A stretch of 64,000 nucleotides of DNA from Squalus acanthias (GCA_030390025.1 CM059431.1:107262001-107326000), one strand, 5' to 3'. Shown: positions 36,883-49,259, numbered from the stretch's first letter. The notes: generated by a model not told the origin, from the letters alone. Translations and numbers: made by a program.

Positions 36883-37192
36883 AGTATATTTACTCAGACG
36901 CCATCCTTTTTCTTGCAGGCCACGCTATCTCATAATAGGAGACAGCAGCAACGGACGGGTGGAGGGCGGCCTCAGCTGCAACCCCTCAGCGATCTTGAGG
37001 CGCGCGTCCACAGGATTGTGGTAAGACAGGTGATCGGTCCCGTTGCCCCTGGAGAGGCCGACCCCGTTTGGGACAGCAATGGTAAGGTCATCAGCTTTCC
37101 CTCCTCTCTCATTCCACTTGTCCCTCACAACACCAGCCTTTGACACTTTCAATCCAGCTTACTAAATCGCTGCACTCCTTTCTCCCTTACAC

Positions 37193-37505
37193 GGCAACAC
37201 GGTGGCATAGTGGTTAGCACTGTTACCTCACAGCGCCAGGGACCCGGGTTCGAATCCGGCCTCGGGTGACTGTCTGTCTGGTGTTTACACATTCTCCCCG
37301 TGTCTGCGTGGGTTTCCTCCGGGTGCTCCGGTTTCCTCCCACAGTCCAAAGATGTGCAGGTTAGGTTGATTTGGTGATGATAAATTGACCCTTAGTGGTA
37401 GGGGGGATTAAATACGTGGGGTTACGGGGATAGGGTGGGATATGTGTCGGTGCAGGCTCGATGGGCCGAAATGGCCTCTATCTGCACTGTGGGGATTCTG
37501 TGATT
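37193..37505 (+). mobile_element. HE1-like V-SINE in intron 2 of the Myb gene
   Basis: A box TGGCATAGTGG, B box GGTTCGAATCC, V-domain-like TGCGTGGGTTTCCTCCGGGTGCTCCGGTTTCCTCCCACAGTCCAAAGA, and a CR1-like tail (CTCGATGGGCCGAAATGGCCT). Confidence 0.85.
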
Positions 37506-38826
37506 ACTGTCCCCCTGTCCTCACGCTAAAGCCACTCTTGTACCTCCCTGCTTTCAGATGGTGATTCACCAGCTGAGGAGACGGGCCCTGAAGCTGCCAG
37601 TGGGAGCGAAGCCACAGGCGAGGAGGAAGAGGAAACCAGAGCCTCAGCGCCACCCTCTCCCGAGGAAGCCCATGCCCACACTGGGAACACGTCTTCCCTG
37701 GATGGGAGCAGGGGGAAGGGTCTGATTAGGGTGAAGCTCCAGGACCCAGTGGGCTGCAGCAACGCGATGTGGCTAGGGAAGCTCGGGGGCCTTCTCCCCG
37801 GAGGGAGAGTAGGCCAGCGAGTCCTGCTGCACTGGACGCAGAGGAGGAGCGGCTCATCGCTGAAATGAACACCCAGGCGGTGGACATGCACACTCAGCTC
37901 ATGGGTGCAGTGGGAAGGGTGCCCGAATGCATTGATGCACTGGCAAGGAGTGTGGAGCACTTTGCTGTAGCACAGGCGAATGCCACACAAATGCTTAGTG
38001 CTGCAATTCAGTCATGGCTGCCATGATCCCATCTCAGACTGCTCTCATGCAGATTCAGATTGAGGCTACGCAAGCACTGACTGCTGCCATTGTCGCTGGT
38101 TCGGACACATTTCCCTGGGGCTCTCACCGCGCCGCAGCAGGCCAGCAATCTGTGCTCCAGCAGATTGCTCCGGATGCTGATGTGCTGCCCCGTGGGAGTG
38201 TCGGTCGAGCAGGGAGGTGCTGTCCTCTCTCAAGATGACAGCATTCCTGCTGCCACCACTGTCACATCCCCATTGCACTTGCCACCGCCTGTAGCCCAGA
38301 CTGCTGCCGCCCATGCAGAGTTGGTGCAGTCTGCAGCCGGGCCCTCCAGGCCCAGAGCTGGTCGAGGCCATCCTTCAAGGGCATCTGCAGTCTCAGGTTC
38401 TGACAATCAGCAGCCTTCCACCAGCCTTACTGGGGCCCCATTACGGAGGAGCAGTAGGGTGGGAAGGGGGGAAGTGCGCAAGGGAAGGAGATCGCCCTCA
38501 AAGGGCAAAAAGTAGGAGGTGTGACGAAATGTTGGTCAAATTTTTATTAAAGGCCGAGGTTCGTGTTCAAACTTTTGTTTAATGTTTTGGACATTATTTC
38601 CAGGTTGTGAGAACCAGTTATGTTAATGAATGATTTTTTGTGTTTGTTTCTATTAGTTTGTCATGAAGAAATGACACACACAAAGTTTGTAAAATAAAAA
38701 AGTTTTTGTATTCAAAATGTACAGATTTGGCCTAGGAATCAATGCTGCCTTGTCCGGCTTAGGGGTTGCAGGGTTGGTTTCATTCATGTTGTTCTCCATG
38801 CCAGAAGCCATTTCCTCAGTAGGGGC

Positions 38827-39969
38827 CTAGAAGCGGCTTGTTATCAGCCATTGACGGACGGCCCTTGCAGTTTCAACATTGTGGGCCTCCCTCCCGCCTT
38901 GGTGCTGCTGCTGATCATCCTTCTCCTCTTCCTCCTCCTCCTCCGGTGGTGCTCCAAGGCCTGGTGGCATTGGCTGGGTCCTGAGGATTGCCAGGTTATG
39001 CAGCATGCAACACACAACTATGAAGAGGGAGACTCGCTCAGGCAAGTACTGCAGGGCTCCTCCTGAGTGGTCCAGACAGCGGAACCGTTGCTTGAGCACG
39101 CCGATCGTCTGCTCAACGATGTTCCTGGTGGTGAGATGGCTCTCGTTGTACCGCAGCACAGCAGGGGTGTTGGGGTTACGGAGCGGTGTCATCAGCCAGG
39201 TGCACAGTGGATAACCCTTGTCCCCGAGGAGCCAACCACTTGGCTGATGCGGTGCCTGGAAAAGTTCTGTCACAGCAGTCTGGCGCAGGATGAAAGCATC
39301 GTGGCCAGGATAGCGGGCATTGACTGCGAGTATCAGCTGTCTGTGGTCACAGACCAACTGGACGTTTAAGGAGTGGAACCCCTTGCGGTTTTGGAAAACC
39401 TCTGCATTCTCATGCGGTGCCTGCAATGCCACATGCTTCCAGTCAATGGCGCCCTGCACCATGAGGAAGCCCGCTATCCTCGCAAAGCCCAATGCGCATT
39501 CATGCTGTTTGGCCCAGGTCATTGGGAAAGAGATGTACTGGCGTCTCCTTTTATAGAGGGCATTTGTGACCTGACGGACACAGCAATGGACCGCGAACTG
39601 GGAGATATTGGCGATGTCCCCAGTAGCTGCTTGAAAGGAGCCGGTGGCATAAAAATTCAGAGCCACTGTGATCTTCACTGCCACTGACAGAGACGTCTTG
39701 GTCCTCAGTTGAGGCTGCAGATCTGGCTGCAGCAGGTGACAGAGCTCTGTGACCACCTCCTTGCTGAAGCACAGCCTGCGCAAACACTGCTCCTCAGACA
39801 AATTAATGTAGGAGAATTGTTGCCGAAATACCCTGGGAGGGTAAGGTATCCTGTACAGAGGCCTGTTGGCCCTCCTCCATCTGGCCATGATTGCCACTCT
39901 GTCTCTGCATCTCTGTTGCCTCCGATTCTGCAGGCGCAGGACGACGCCCCGAATCAGTGCAGCCCCCAT
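38827..39969 (-). CDS. Harbinger DDE transposase (HARBI1-like family), 380 aa
   Basis: GAID, NRKGFHSLNVQLVCD, HDAFIL, LLGDKGY, NIVEQTIGVLKQRFRCL and CCMLHN motifs, plus an acidic C-terminal tract. Uninterrupted ORF inside TIRs. Confidence 0.92.
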   Translation of the reverse strand: MGAALIRGVVLRLQNRRQQRCRDRVAIMARWRRANRPLYRIPYPPRVFRQQFSYINLSEEQCLRRLCFSKEVVTELCHLLQPDLQPQLRTKTSLSVAVKITVALNFYATGSFQAATGDIANISQFAVHCCVRQVTNALYKRRRQYISFPMTWAKQHECALGFARIAGFLMVQGAIDWKHVALQAPHENAEVFQNRKGFHSLNVQLVCDHRQLILAVNARYPGHDAFILRQTAVTELFQAPHQPSGWLLGDKGYPLCTWLMTPLRNPNTPAVLRYNESHLTTRNIVEQTIGVLKQRFRCLDHSGGALQYLPERVSLFIVVCCMLHNLAILRTQPMPPGLGAPPEEEEEEEKDDQQQHQGGREAHNVETARAVRQWLITSRF

Positions 39970-40554
39970 TGATCTTGGTAATCGAAGTAATGAAGGTCAA
40001 ATCCAAAAGTACCTGCAAGGTGATGCTCAGTAGCCAAAACTACTTCACACAGCGTTGACTCTATGCAGAAGTCTCTCTTCTCTCTCTCAGAATCTCTCTC
40101 TCTGTCAGAATGAGTGGTGCAAAAATGTCTACCACAGAAAAAGCCAGGAAGAGGCCGCCTTTAAATAGCACCCCCACAGCCCCTCACCGACTGGGAAATG
40201 TTCCAGTCTCCCTGTTGCTGCTTGCGCCAGGCGGAAAGGAGGGGGGTGCCACTAAATATCCGGTCCGGGGCGCCACAAGGGCGTTGCACGCTCGACTGAC
40301 ATCAAGATCTGTGGGCGCAGGAGATCGGGGCGGTAGTGTTTAGCGCTGCCGCAAAATGTCTGGTCAATTTCGCGAGCGGCGCAGACATCGCCGCACCCAG
40401 GCGCTAGTTGCTTTGCGCCCCATTAGCGCCCTCTTAAGGCGCTAACGGGAGGCGCAAACCAAACACCTTTTTCCCCTCATGATTCTAATATGGGGGGAAG
40501 GCTTCCACTAGGTGTAGCAAAATTGTAAATGTTTATAAAGAACATTAGTGTTCC

Positions 40555-40932
40555 CACAACCAACATCAATAAAACAGATTATCTGGTCAGTATTTCATTG
40601 CCATTGGTGGGAGCTTGCTGTGTGCAAATTTGTTGCCGCGTTTCCTACATTACAACAATGACTACACTTCAAAAAGTACTTCATTGGCTGTAAAGCGTTT
40701 TGGGATGTCCTGAAGTTGTGTGATAATGACCAGATAATCTGTTTTAGTGATGTTGGTTGAGGGATAAATATTGGTCAGAACACTGGGGAGAACGCCTTGC
40801 CCTTCGAAATAGTGCCGTGGGATCTTTTACGTCCACTTGAGAGGGCAGACGGGGCCTCATTTTAACATCTCATCCAAAAGACGGCACCTCTGACAGCGCA
40901 GCACTCCTACAGTACTGCATTGAGAGTGTCAG
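40555..40932. mobile_element. Two fused, oppositely oriented Deu-domain SINE pieces
   Basis: 40555-40720 is the 3' half on +; 40718-40932 is the 5' half on -. Both are homologous to 3283-3660. Confidence 0.7.
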
Positions 40933-41382
40933 CATAACAGAATAGTAAAATAGCTTACCAATAGCTATCAAAAAATGTATTACTGTGATATATATATTAT
41001 GATTAAAATACATGTTGACTGCAGTATGAACTACAGTAATAAACCATTATAGGAAGGCTAAAGGTGACCTTGTCACATATAGATTTCTGGGTAATTTTGA
41101 GCACGAATAAGGATATAATTAGGAATCCGGATAAAATCTTAAATCACAAAAGCACAGCTCAATTGGTTTCTGGATTTTGTCCAAATGCTGATTAAATTGC
41201 AGCCTAACACTCATTCTCTACCATTTACAACATCCAATAGTATGTATAATTATCTTAACAATGTAAAATCAACATTGATGTTGGTTCACAGCAGAGCTGA
41301 AAGGAAACTGATCATAGATTGAAAGGACATTGTAAGGCCACCTGCAGAATAAAAGTGTCACGTGATTCACAAGGGAATTAAT

Positions 41383-42140
41383 GGCCCGGATTTTCCGGAG
41401 ACTATGATGACGCGCACACGGCCGGAAGGGCCCCCGCAAGCTCCGGGTTTCCACTTGCGATGCGCACGTGCGAAAACCCGGAACTTGCGATCTGTCAGGT
41501 TTCAGCCTGACAGATTGTCCGCACACACAGGAAATGGGCATTCGCTGGCGCAGGGTAACTACTGCCCAGCCAATGCCCACGAAACTCTTACATCTGGTAA
41601 AAGCAGGCATAAGGCCTTCTTTATACCAGCGTGAGGGTTTAAATTAATAATAAAATAATTTTTTTTTAAATCATTTAAACTTTAAAAAAAACCTTTTAAA
41701 ATTAGTTTAGGTTATTTTTGGCCCCTTTAAAAATGTTTACATTTATTTTTTCAAAAAATTTAATTTTGGTTTTCAATGTTTAATTAAATTGCATTTTGAT
41801 TAATTTTAAACATGTGATGGTTTATTTTTATTTAGGTTGTGTGAAAATGTAATGTTTATGTGATTCCTATTATGCTCACGGGGGATCCTGTACGTAAATG
41901 GAATCCCCATAAGCATAATGGGAATCTCCCCTTTGTGATTGATTGGGCCGGCCCACGTGACCCTAGGGATGCTAACGAACCACGTGCGCCCCTGGGATAC
42001 GTGGACCTTTCCGCAGGCCTACGCCTGCAGGCCCAGGAGTGCAAGTCTTCATAGGTCCGGGGCCATCAGGCAAGTGTGGATTTTACTCGCGGTTCGGAGG
42101 CATTTGCCAGTGGGAAGCCTCTGACCGCACAATTTCAGGA
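41383..42140. mobile_element. Harbinger-type MITE
   Basis: Left end GGCCCGGATTTTCC after TAAT. Same GC/AT/GC layout as 18492-19256, with shared CACGTGA.CC.AGGGA.GC blocks in inverted orientation. Confidence 0.65.
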
Positions 42141-42323
42141 TTGTGTTTGCCTGAAGCAAACATGTATCGATGAAAGTGTGTGGAGTAGCGTGACATGCAG
42201 AATTGTTTTCTTTTTTTAGATATGGAAAAATATTGCTTTGTGACTCAACATTTGATTTCATTTTCGTGTTAGGAAATGCAGAGCTCTTCTGAAAAGCAGA
42301 GTATGAAGGCTTGTGAAGACATT

Positions 42324-43098
42324 GGGCCAGATTTTGCTGTCAAAATAACCCTGAGGCTAATGGCGCTCGCCGTTATTTATGCGTAAATGCTACAGCAACT
42401 TCAGGCGAGGGGCAGATGAGCGATTAAATGCGAATATCCAAAGGTTGCTGTCTGAGTTGTGCCGCTCGCGAAAACGGCATCTTGTCGTCTTCTTCGCCAT
42501 TGATAGGGACTGAATGTCGTGAAGTTGGTGTATTTGCGCGGTCGATGCAAACTAAACCTGCCGCAGATTTTCAGGGCTAGTGATTACAAGCGTTAGTATA
42601 TTTTCATTCACATGATAAATGTTAATGACTGCCAATCAACCTCTCTGGCGCTAAAAAATTAACTATTATAAGTGTGAAATCTCATTCCTTCAGGTTGTGA
42701 ATTGTTTCAAGAGATTTAAAAAGTGTCAAATTTTAATTTTCAAATTTTTTTCCTACTTTTCCTTTCTGTCTCTTTTTTTTCTCATTTTCTTAATCCAATA
42801 TTTCTTTCCCTCTCTTTCTGTACCTGATTTGACATTGCATTCGCCCCCATTAATTCACCCTCCTTCTCAGTCCTTCCTGTGTTGATTTCCCAATCCTTAA
42901 ATCTCATTGGTTAAGGAGATACCCTGCTGGTTGCCCTGTTCACTCAGGTCCCAGATGCTCTGTTTCCCTCCCTGTGCCGTTATCAGCTCATACTTTCTGC
43001 AACTTAGTAGGCAAAGCTTTTTTAAGCTGAAAGGTGCAGTGACAAGTCTATCTAACAGGAGACACTGTTAGATGACCTGCCACAGCAAAATCTGTCCC
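42324..43098. mobile_element. Harbinger-type MITE, 775 bp
   Basis: TIR GGGCCAGATTTTGCTGT / ACAGCAAAATCTGTCCC; TSD ATT on both sides. Confidence 0.85.
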
Positions 43099-43290
43099 AT
43101 TGTAGGGTGGTTATGAGGGTCTTAAATTAACGCAATGCAAATATAACCAACCAAATGCAAATTCCTTTGTTATTTTTAACAAAGGCTTTATTATTTTTTT
43201 TAAATGGGTTAATGTTTACTTCTAAAATAGCAGACTAGGGTATTACACACAAATGTGTTAAGTGTTCCTTATGCTAATATTGAACCTGTA

Positions 43291-44138
43291 GGCCGCGATT
43301 TTATCGATCGATGCGGCTTGGGAGTGGGTCAGCTGGTTTCCGGGTTCCAGTCCCGCCCCCAACCTCATCCGGCCCACGGACGTGATTTTAAGTCAATTGG
43401 CCTTGATAAGCCTGCCCTGTGGGCTTGCTGGTCATTTGATGATTCGCCATCTGCCGGTTTTCTTAAAGGGACTATGCACAATTTTTCTTTGACAGCTCAT
43501 TTCTCAGTGTTTGACGGCATTGAGTTGCTGCAAACACTGACAATCACTGTTCACAGGTGAGTTCTTGCACCCAGGCTCTCCAGTAACTCCCTCCTTAGGC
43601 TAGAACAGATGGCAGCTGCAGGTGAGGCTACAGAAGCGATCTGTCACTGGTGAGAGAGGTTCTCCCAATGAGGTCGGACTACACATACAATTCAAAACTT
43701 GTTACCTACAGAAAAGTCTAAATGCATTAAAAGTGAATTTCCCAACATTTTCTTACCTCTGAAACTCACCAATGCACCATTGGATCCTTCACCCCACTTC
43801 TGCAGCTGTCATCAATGCAGAAACATTACAGCAGACTCACTACACGCCACACTTACCTGGCGTGGTGTCCGGACATCGGGAAGCCCGAAGTAGAAGTGTC
43901 AAAATTGCAAAAGAGCCTGTTAACTGCCTGTTAACAACCTGTTAACAGCCAGGTAAGTGGTTTTAATCCTCTTCCCGCCGCTAGGTGTCGGGTCTATGCG
44001 CAAATTGGGGACCCGACACTTGGGAAGATTGATTGGAGGCGGGTTGACAGCGGGTTTCCTGCCCGCTGTCAATCTTTGCGATTTTGCCGGATGTCCCGCC
44101 TCCAAACCCGCCCCCTGAGCGCCGGCAAAATTCCGGCC
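43291..44138. mobile_element. Non-autonomous Harbinger derivative
   Basis: Ends GGCCGCGATTTT / AAAATTCCGGCC. The right end is the reverse complement of the left end of 45106-46834 (TTTTGCCGGCGCTCAG...GAGGCGGG). Confidence 0.7.
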
Positions 44139-44144
44139 GAGATC

Positions 44145-44283
44145 ATTAGATTTTGCCAGATAAGGTATAAAAGGATATGGAGCCAAGACAGGTGGATGGA
44201 GTTAAGATACAGATCAGCCATGATCTGATTGTGTGGCGGAACAGGCTCGAGGGGCTGAATGGCCTCCTCCTGTTCCTATGTTC
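44145..44283 (+). mobile_element. CR1 3' end
   Basis: AAAGGATATGGAG...GATCAGCCATGATC...GGCTCGAGGGGCTGAATGGCCT. Confidence 0.8.
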
Positions 44284-45105
44284 AGTGTAGCTTGAAGGCC
44301 AAAGAGTGGTTCAGAGAAAGAGATCTGGAAGAATATATAGAGGAATGAACCAAGCCGGCGAATGGGAGTGGAGCTTTTTGAATGAATTCAAGGGCAAAAT
44401 TCAGAAGAAGAGCAGGAAGGCTTGGAACTCCTGCTCACAAGCTATTGGACAACTGGCTCACAGGAGCAAGCACACTTCATAGATGTTGCAGCTTAGGGCA
44501 GTATCCTGAAAATAATTTTTTTTTTAATGTTATGGTTTTCACAGATATATTATTTTTAGAAGACATGTATTCAGAGCAATCCACAGCTAGAACCGAATCC
44601 CATTGGGGAAGACCGATCTTCTTGACGAGGTTATTGAACAGTCACTCTTTTTAGAATGTTACGTTTTTCAATTTGTCGAGCTCTCACGAGTATTTATGTT
44701 GTGCACAGTAATTAGTGATAGGCCGGGTGACAGAATAAATCAGTTATGTTTGGAATCCTAAATACCCTGTGCTCCTTGATTTTGTATTTGCGGCATATCA
44801 TTTGGATTGTTGGAGCAGCTGTTACTTTCATGGCTGTGGGGTAACATTTTTACAAATAGATTTTTACAATATGCTAGTGGAAAGATAAATATTATTTTGA
44901 AAGGTATTCCCTAACGTGCGTGATGAATGAAATTAAGAAATAGCACGGCCAAAACTGAAGGCTTAAAGTATTACACACTGTTTTAAAATTGAGAGACCAA
45001 AGTGATGGGGTCAGGTCTGTTGAGCAGGGGAAAAACCAAGGTTGAAAAGTGGAAAAGAAAAAGTAAGATAAATCAGGAAGCAGCGATTAGGTGACACAGA
45101 GCCTA

Positions 45106-46834
45106 GGGCTGCGATTTTGCCGGCGCTCAGCATGCGGACTCAGAGGCGGGTCCGCTGTCAAAAGCAAAATGATTGACAGCGGGTTGGGAACCCGCTCCGA
45201 ACCCGCCTCCATGTAAGTTTCCAAAGTGTCGGGTCTGCGATTTCAAAAACAGACCCGACACCAAGTGGCGGGGGAGGCATTTAAGATAGTTGTTAAACGC
45301 TTGTTAACTACTATTTTGCCAGCCTATTTCTATTTTCCCACTTTTTTAACAGGCTTTAGGTCATTCGGAGATCACGTCAGGTAAGTGGGTCAGGTTCTCT
45401 ATGTTTCCCCATTGCTGTGATTAGGTGACAGCTGCAAAAGTGGCATGAAAGCTATCATTTCACTTTCCAATGTCAGAAGCTTGAGCCTTCAGGACTTGGA
45501 AGACACTTTTGAGCTTTTTGCGGTTTGGAAGTGTTTGGAGTAAACTCTCTATCCACTGTCACCTCCTTGGAGTTAGCTCTCTCACCATTGACAGATCGCT
45601 TCTGTCATCTCAACTTCAGCTGCCATCTATTCCAGAACATTGGTGCCCTTGAAAAAATCTCACCTTGGTCCTCTGAATCCCTCCACGATCAGCCCCAACA
45701 CCAACATCACCAGGCACACCATCATCACCAACAACAATACCAACCTTCTCCGCAATCACCTGATGCTGCACAGGACACAGGGTCTCAGCACCTGACAACA
45801 TTGCTGCCCGGGAGGCCAGTGATGGCATCACCATGGCCAGATTTATTTCACTTGACGCTGTACACCCTGGCTGCCACATGACACCACCCCACACCAGCAC
45901 CATAAAGCATCCCTACAACATCCAAGTCATTCCTTTCACAGTCATCACAATTGGCCGGGTTGGGGGGTGGAAGTTATGTCTCAACATTCACTGGAACTCA
46001 CTCAGACACTTCCAAAGGTGAGCACAGATCTGTCCAATAAGGTAAAGTGTTTAAAATATAGATTTCAATGTTTGACAACACATTAACAGAAACTTCACAT
46101 GAACAGTAGCTAAACCACCCAGGTGCCTACCCTTGTGTGTTGTTAGTTTGTATGCTTGCAGTAGGTTGAGGGTGAGTGTGAGGGGTGGCTAGTGAGATGG
46201 GGCAGTGATAATGTAAATAGAGAGGGATGGGTGGAGGTGCAAAGTAAGTTGGTGTGAGTAAAGGTGTGCAGGAGTAGGGTAGGGAAGGCAGAGTGATGTG
46301 GATGTGATGAGGTTGAGTGTGGCTTGGCAGTAACATTTCACGATCTGCTCAGAACATTGAAAGGCTAGTGCCACTGCAGCCTGGTCCTCCTGACCACATC
46401 CCTGCTTCTGCCCTCCTGTGCAATGTGCAACCAGGCTACGTTGATCTCCTGAGGATTTCCCTACTGCCCACGGGAAGGGAAGAGAACCTCCCTGCATGCT
46501 GCAACTACCTCCATAAGCATATGGGTGCAGCCGTGCATCTTTGTGCAGTGCTTGTCAGTGTTTGCAGCACCTCAATGCTGTAGAACACTGACAGCAGAAC
46601 TGTCAAGATCAATGTGGCCATGGTCCCGTTAAGAAAATCGGCCGACGACGCATCATCAAATGACGTCATCAAACCCGCTTCCTATTAATTGGCCGGGAAC
46701 CTTGCAGGGCGGGATTAACAAGCCCAATCCATGAAAAATCACTTGGAGAGAGCGGGCTGGAGCAGGCAGCGGGCTGGGACCGCGACACTGACCCAAGCCG
46801 CCCCGGACCCACCTCGGTCGGCGAAATCGTGTCC
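45106..46834. mobile_element. Internally deleted Harbinger derivative
   Basis: Ends GGGCTGCGATTT / AAATCGTGTCC. Minus-strand Myb remnant at ~46330-46500 (AWLHIAQE..SRDVVRRTRLQW). Plus-strand AAREASDGITMARF resembles a transposase C-terminus. Confidence 0.65.
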
Positions 46835-47226
46835 TATGTTTCAAAAGCCCGCAAATTATAGAAGAAACTAGTGAAGATAGCAAGTATTTCCACTGTTTGA
46901 AGTCCTAAGAAAGAATAAATTAGAGTAGCATGGTGTATAATGTCTTGCTTTCAAGGCAGAAAGGATGCAATGTGGAAGATCATGTGGGTTAGTTTATTGA
47001 CAGTTGGGGCCAACAAGAGAGGCGAGTTCAGAGGAGGATTGACCATAGTAATGCTGATAAGGTAGAGAAACAAGAGAGATTTGTGGCTAGAGATGATGGG
47101 GTATTACCGATCAGGTGACAAGTATTTTTGCTTTCTGTTCAAGAGCAATCGAAGTGTTAGGAGAGCCTCCCCAGTTATGGAAGTAGCATTCAATCTTGGA
47201 TGGACTCAGGCCTTAAAGAGAACTCA

Positions 47227-48430
47227 GGGGGAGAAATTTGTTTTAGTCAGCAAAGGGCGTTAGTCAGCAAAGAAAATGCCCGCAATGCTAACGTGGCAAA
47301 ATTGGTCTAGGGGGATGGAGATTGTTGGCGCAGGGCTTACCTTCCATGCAACGCCATCCTGCTGGCATTGCTGGAGGCATCCGGGATGAAGTTTCTGTCC
47401 AGGTCCGGCATTGCAACTTCCCACAGCCTCAGGAATCGAGGAATTGTGGGTAATGAAGAGATCTGAGAATTAAAGGGGCCCTGCACACTGAAGCGATACA
47501 AATTAAAATGAAGTGAAACAATGCAGTTTTCAGCCCTTACATTATAAAGAAGTCCCAAATGTGAATATTCAACTTGTTAAAGCTGAATTACCTTCCTAAC
47601 CTCAAAAAATGGGAAAACTGCCTCAGCACTAACGCAAATGGCTCAGCAAGCCAAGGAAGGGGGCGTCTCACACGCAGCACTCCAGCTTTGTGCTGGGGGT
47701 CAACACTGCAAGACAGGTTTTTGAAGATGCATTCACTGACCTTGACCACTGGTCTGAGGTCCTGAAACTTCTTTGGGCACTGGAGCCAGATGGTGGGGGC
47801 GACACTGCTGCCAGTGACGGCCTCGGTGATGTAGTCCCACATCCTTCTTTCTGGAGGGCCTGCTGGTCCCTGTGGGTAGAGGACCTCTCTTGCAGTGTTG
47901 ACCCCCTGCACAAAGCTGGAGAGCTGCGTGCGAGACCCATGGTGCCCCTTCCCTGGCTTGCTGAGCCATTTCAGTTCCAATTTTTGCGGTGCGGAAGGGA
48001 ATTCAGCTTTAAGAGCTGACGACTCCCTCTTGGGAACTTTATTTCAAATGTTAATTTATTTTTAAAAGGCAGTAGAGCTGTAAGGGCTGAAAGCTGCATT
48101 TTTCACCTCATTTTTATTTTTTATCATTTCAGGCGACATTGCCCTTTTAAGCAAACAACAATGCATTGCCCTTTTAATATCCCACAATGCCTAGCAAAAT
48201 TTTAGCCTTGCTGGAAGATGCAACGCTGCTTTTGGACTCCACATTCGCGACTGATGCCGGGACTAGTGCCACCGGTGTGGGCGTTACATGGTCAGTTTAG
48301 CACTGGGCTAAGGACCTTTAGTCCCCAGCGTGAATTTTTCACTCCTACCGGCGACACCATTTTCGACGGCCATTAACCTGCTGCCGCAGTGGCACTGGCA
48401 GCTTTTGTGTCACGGTCGAATTTCTAGGCC
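47227..48430. mobile_element. Harbinger derivative with Myb remnant on minus strand
   Basis: Ends GGGGGAGAAATTTG / GAATTTCTAGGCC. ORF 47588..47980(-): REVLYPQG...RRMWDYITEAVT...WLQCPKKFQDL. Confidence 0.7.
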
Positions 48431-49259
48431 AAGGTCTCCACCGGAGAGAAAAAATAAGCAAGAATGTTTTAAGCATGCCCGACATTTTTAGAGCACTTTG
48501 TATGTGTTTTTTTTATTTACCGTGATTGGGAAGGAGAGCACTTTGCCTTACAGCTATTCTCATCTAAAATTAATATTGGCTTATTTACAACATCGCTAAC
48601 ACAAAAAAATAGGCTGTTGCAGTTTAGCAAGGAGGAGTTTGGGCCTTATGTTTATATTTATACATGCACCATATATTTTTCTAACATTTGGATTGAGATT
48701 ATTGATCTGAGATCCCTTTTCCTGTATTTTTCATGATCTGTCCATACTCTCCTTCCTATATTCGCCACACACGTCGATAAATGAAAATTGTGCTGTGTCA
48801 CAATTTTATGTGAAGCAGTCATGTTGAAACTGAATGGAATTGACTCCAAAATTCCCTTGCCTTGGAAGTTTCACAATTTTCCTTTCCTTAACCAATTGAA
48901 ACATATTGCCTTATAAAACATAGGAATACTCGTAGTTCCATTATTTACATCAACAGCTAATTGTCATCACTGAATTATCGCTACCCTAATAAGCCACAGG
49001 AAACAGCCTCAGCAAAACAAGAACTGAAATGGTTCCCTGAAACACTTTACTTAATAAATTCCGACACATTGAGCCTGAGTCACCATGCATTGAAAATGCA
49101 CACAGTATTGTTTCTTCTTTCTGTCCCTCCAGTTTGTTCCTTTCATATCCTCAAGGTATTCACTCATGCTTGCATGCTATTACACAGGCATAAAACATTC
49201 ACCCACTAAGCCTTTAAAGGAACAATCATTACTCTATTTTAATTCAGGATCATCTGGAA

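Larger units (their letters stand above)
36344..38515 (+). pseudogene. Harbinger Myb/SANT-like DNA-binding protein gene; three predicted exons (36344-36580, 36919-37081, 37558-38515), last exon frameshifted
   Basis: MERVRERAQRFSERALEALV...VWREV...QCRKKFNDL is a Myb/SANT-like domain. GT-AG sites are phase-compatible (GTGAGT at 36581, TTGCAG ending 36918, GTAAGG at 37082, TTTCAG ending 37557). Exon 3 needs about three frame changes. Confidence 0.8.
35984..40477. mobile_element. Full-length two-gene PIF/Harbinger DNA transposon (~4.5 kb)
   Basis: Imperfect TIRs GGGGGAGAAATT / CTTTTTCCCCT, 3-bp TSD CAT (35981-35983, 40478-40480), and convergent Myb/SANT and DDE transposase genes. Confidence 0.92.

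Noticed and set aside
37193..37270. tRNA gene (also 56892 and 58250)
   Set aside because: The A and B boxes belong to SINE heads that run on into SINE bodies and LINE-like tails; no complete cloverleaf or terminator seen.
38827..39969. Domesticated host gene HARBI1
   Set aside because: The ORF lies inside TIRs with a TSD, next to a Myb partner, and is inserted in a CR1 tail; this is a transposon copy, not the host gene.
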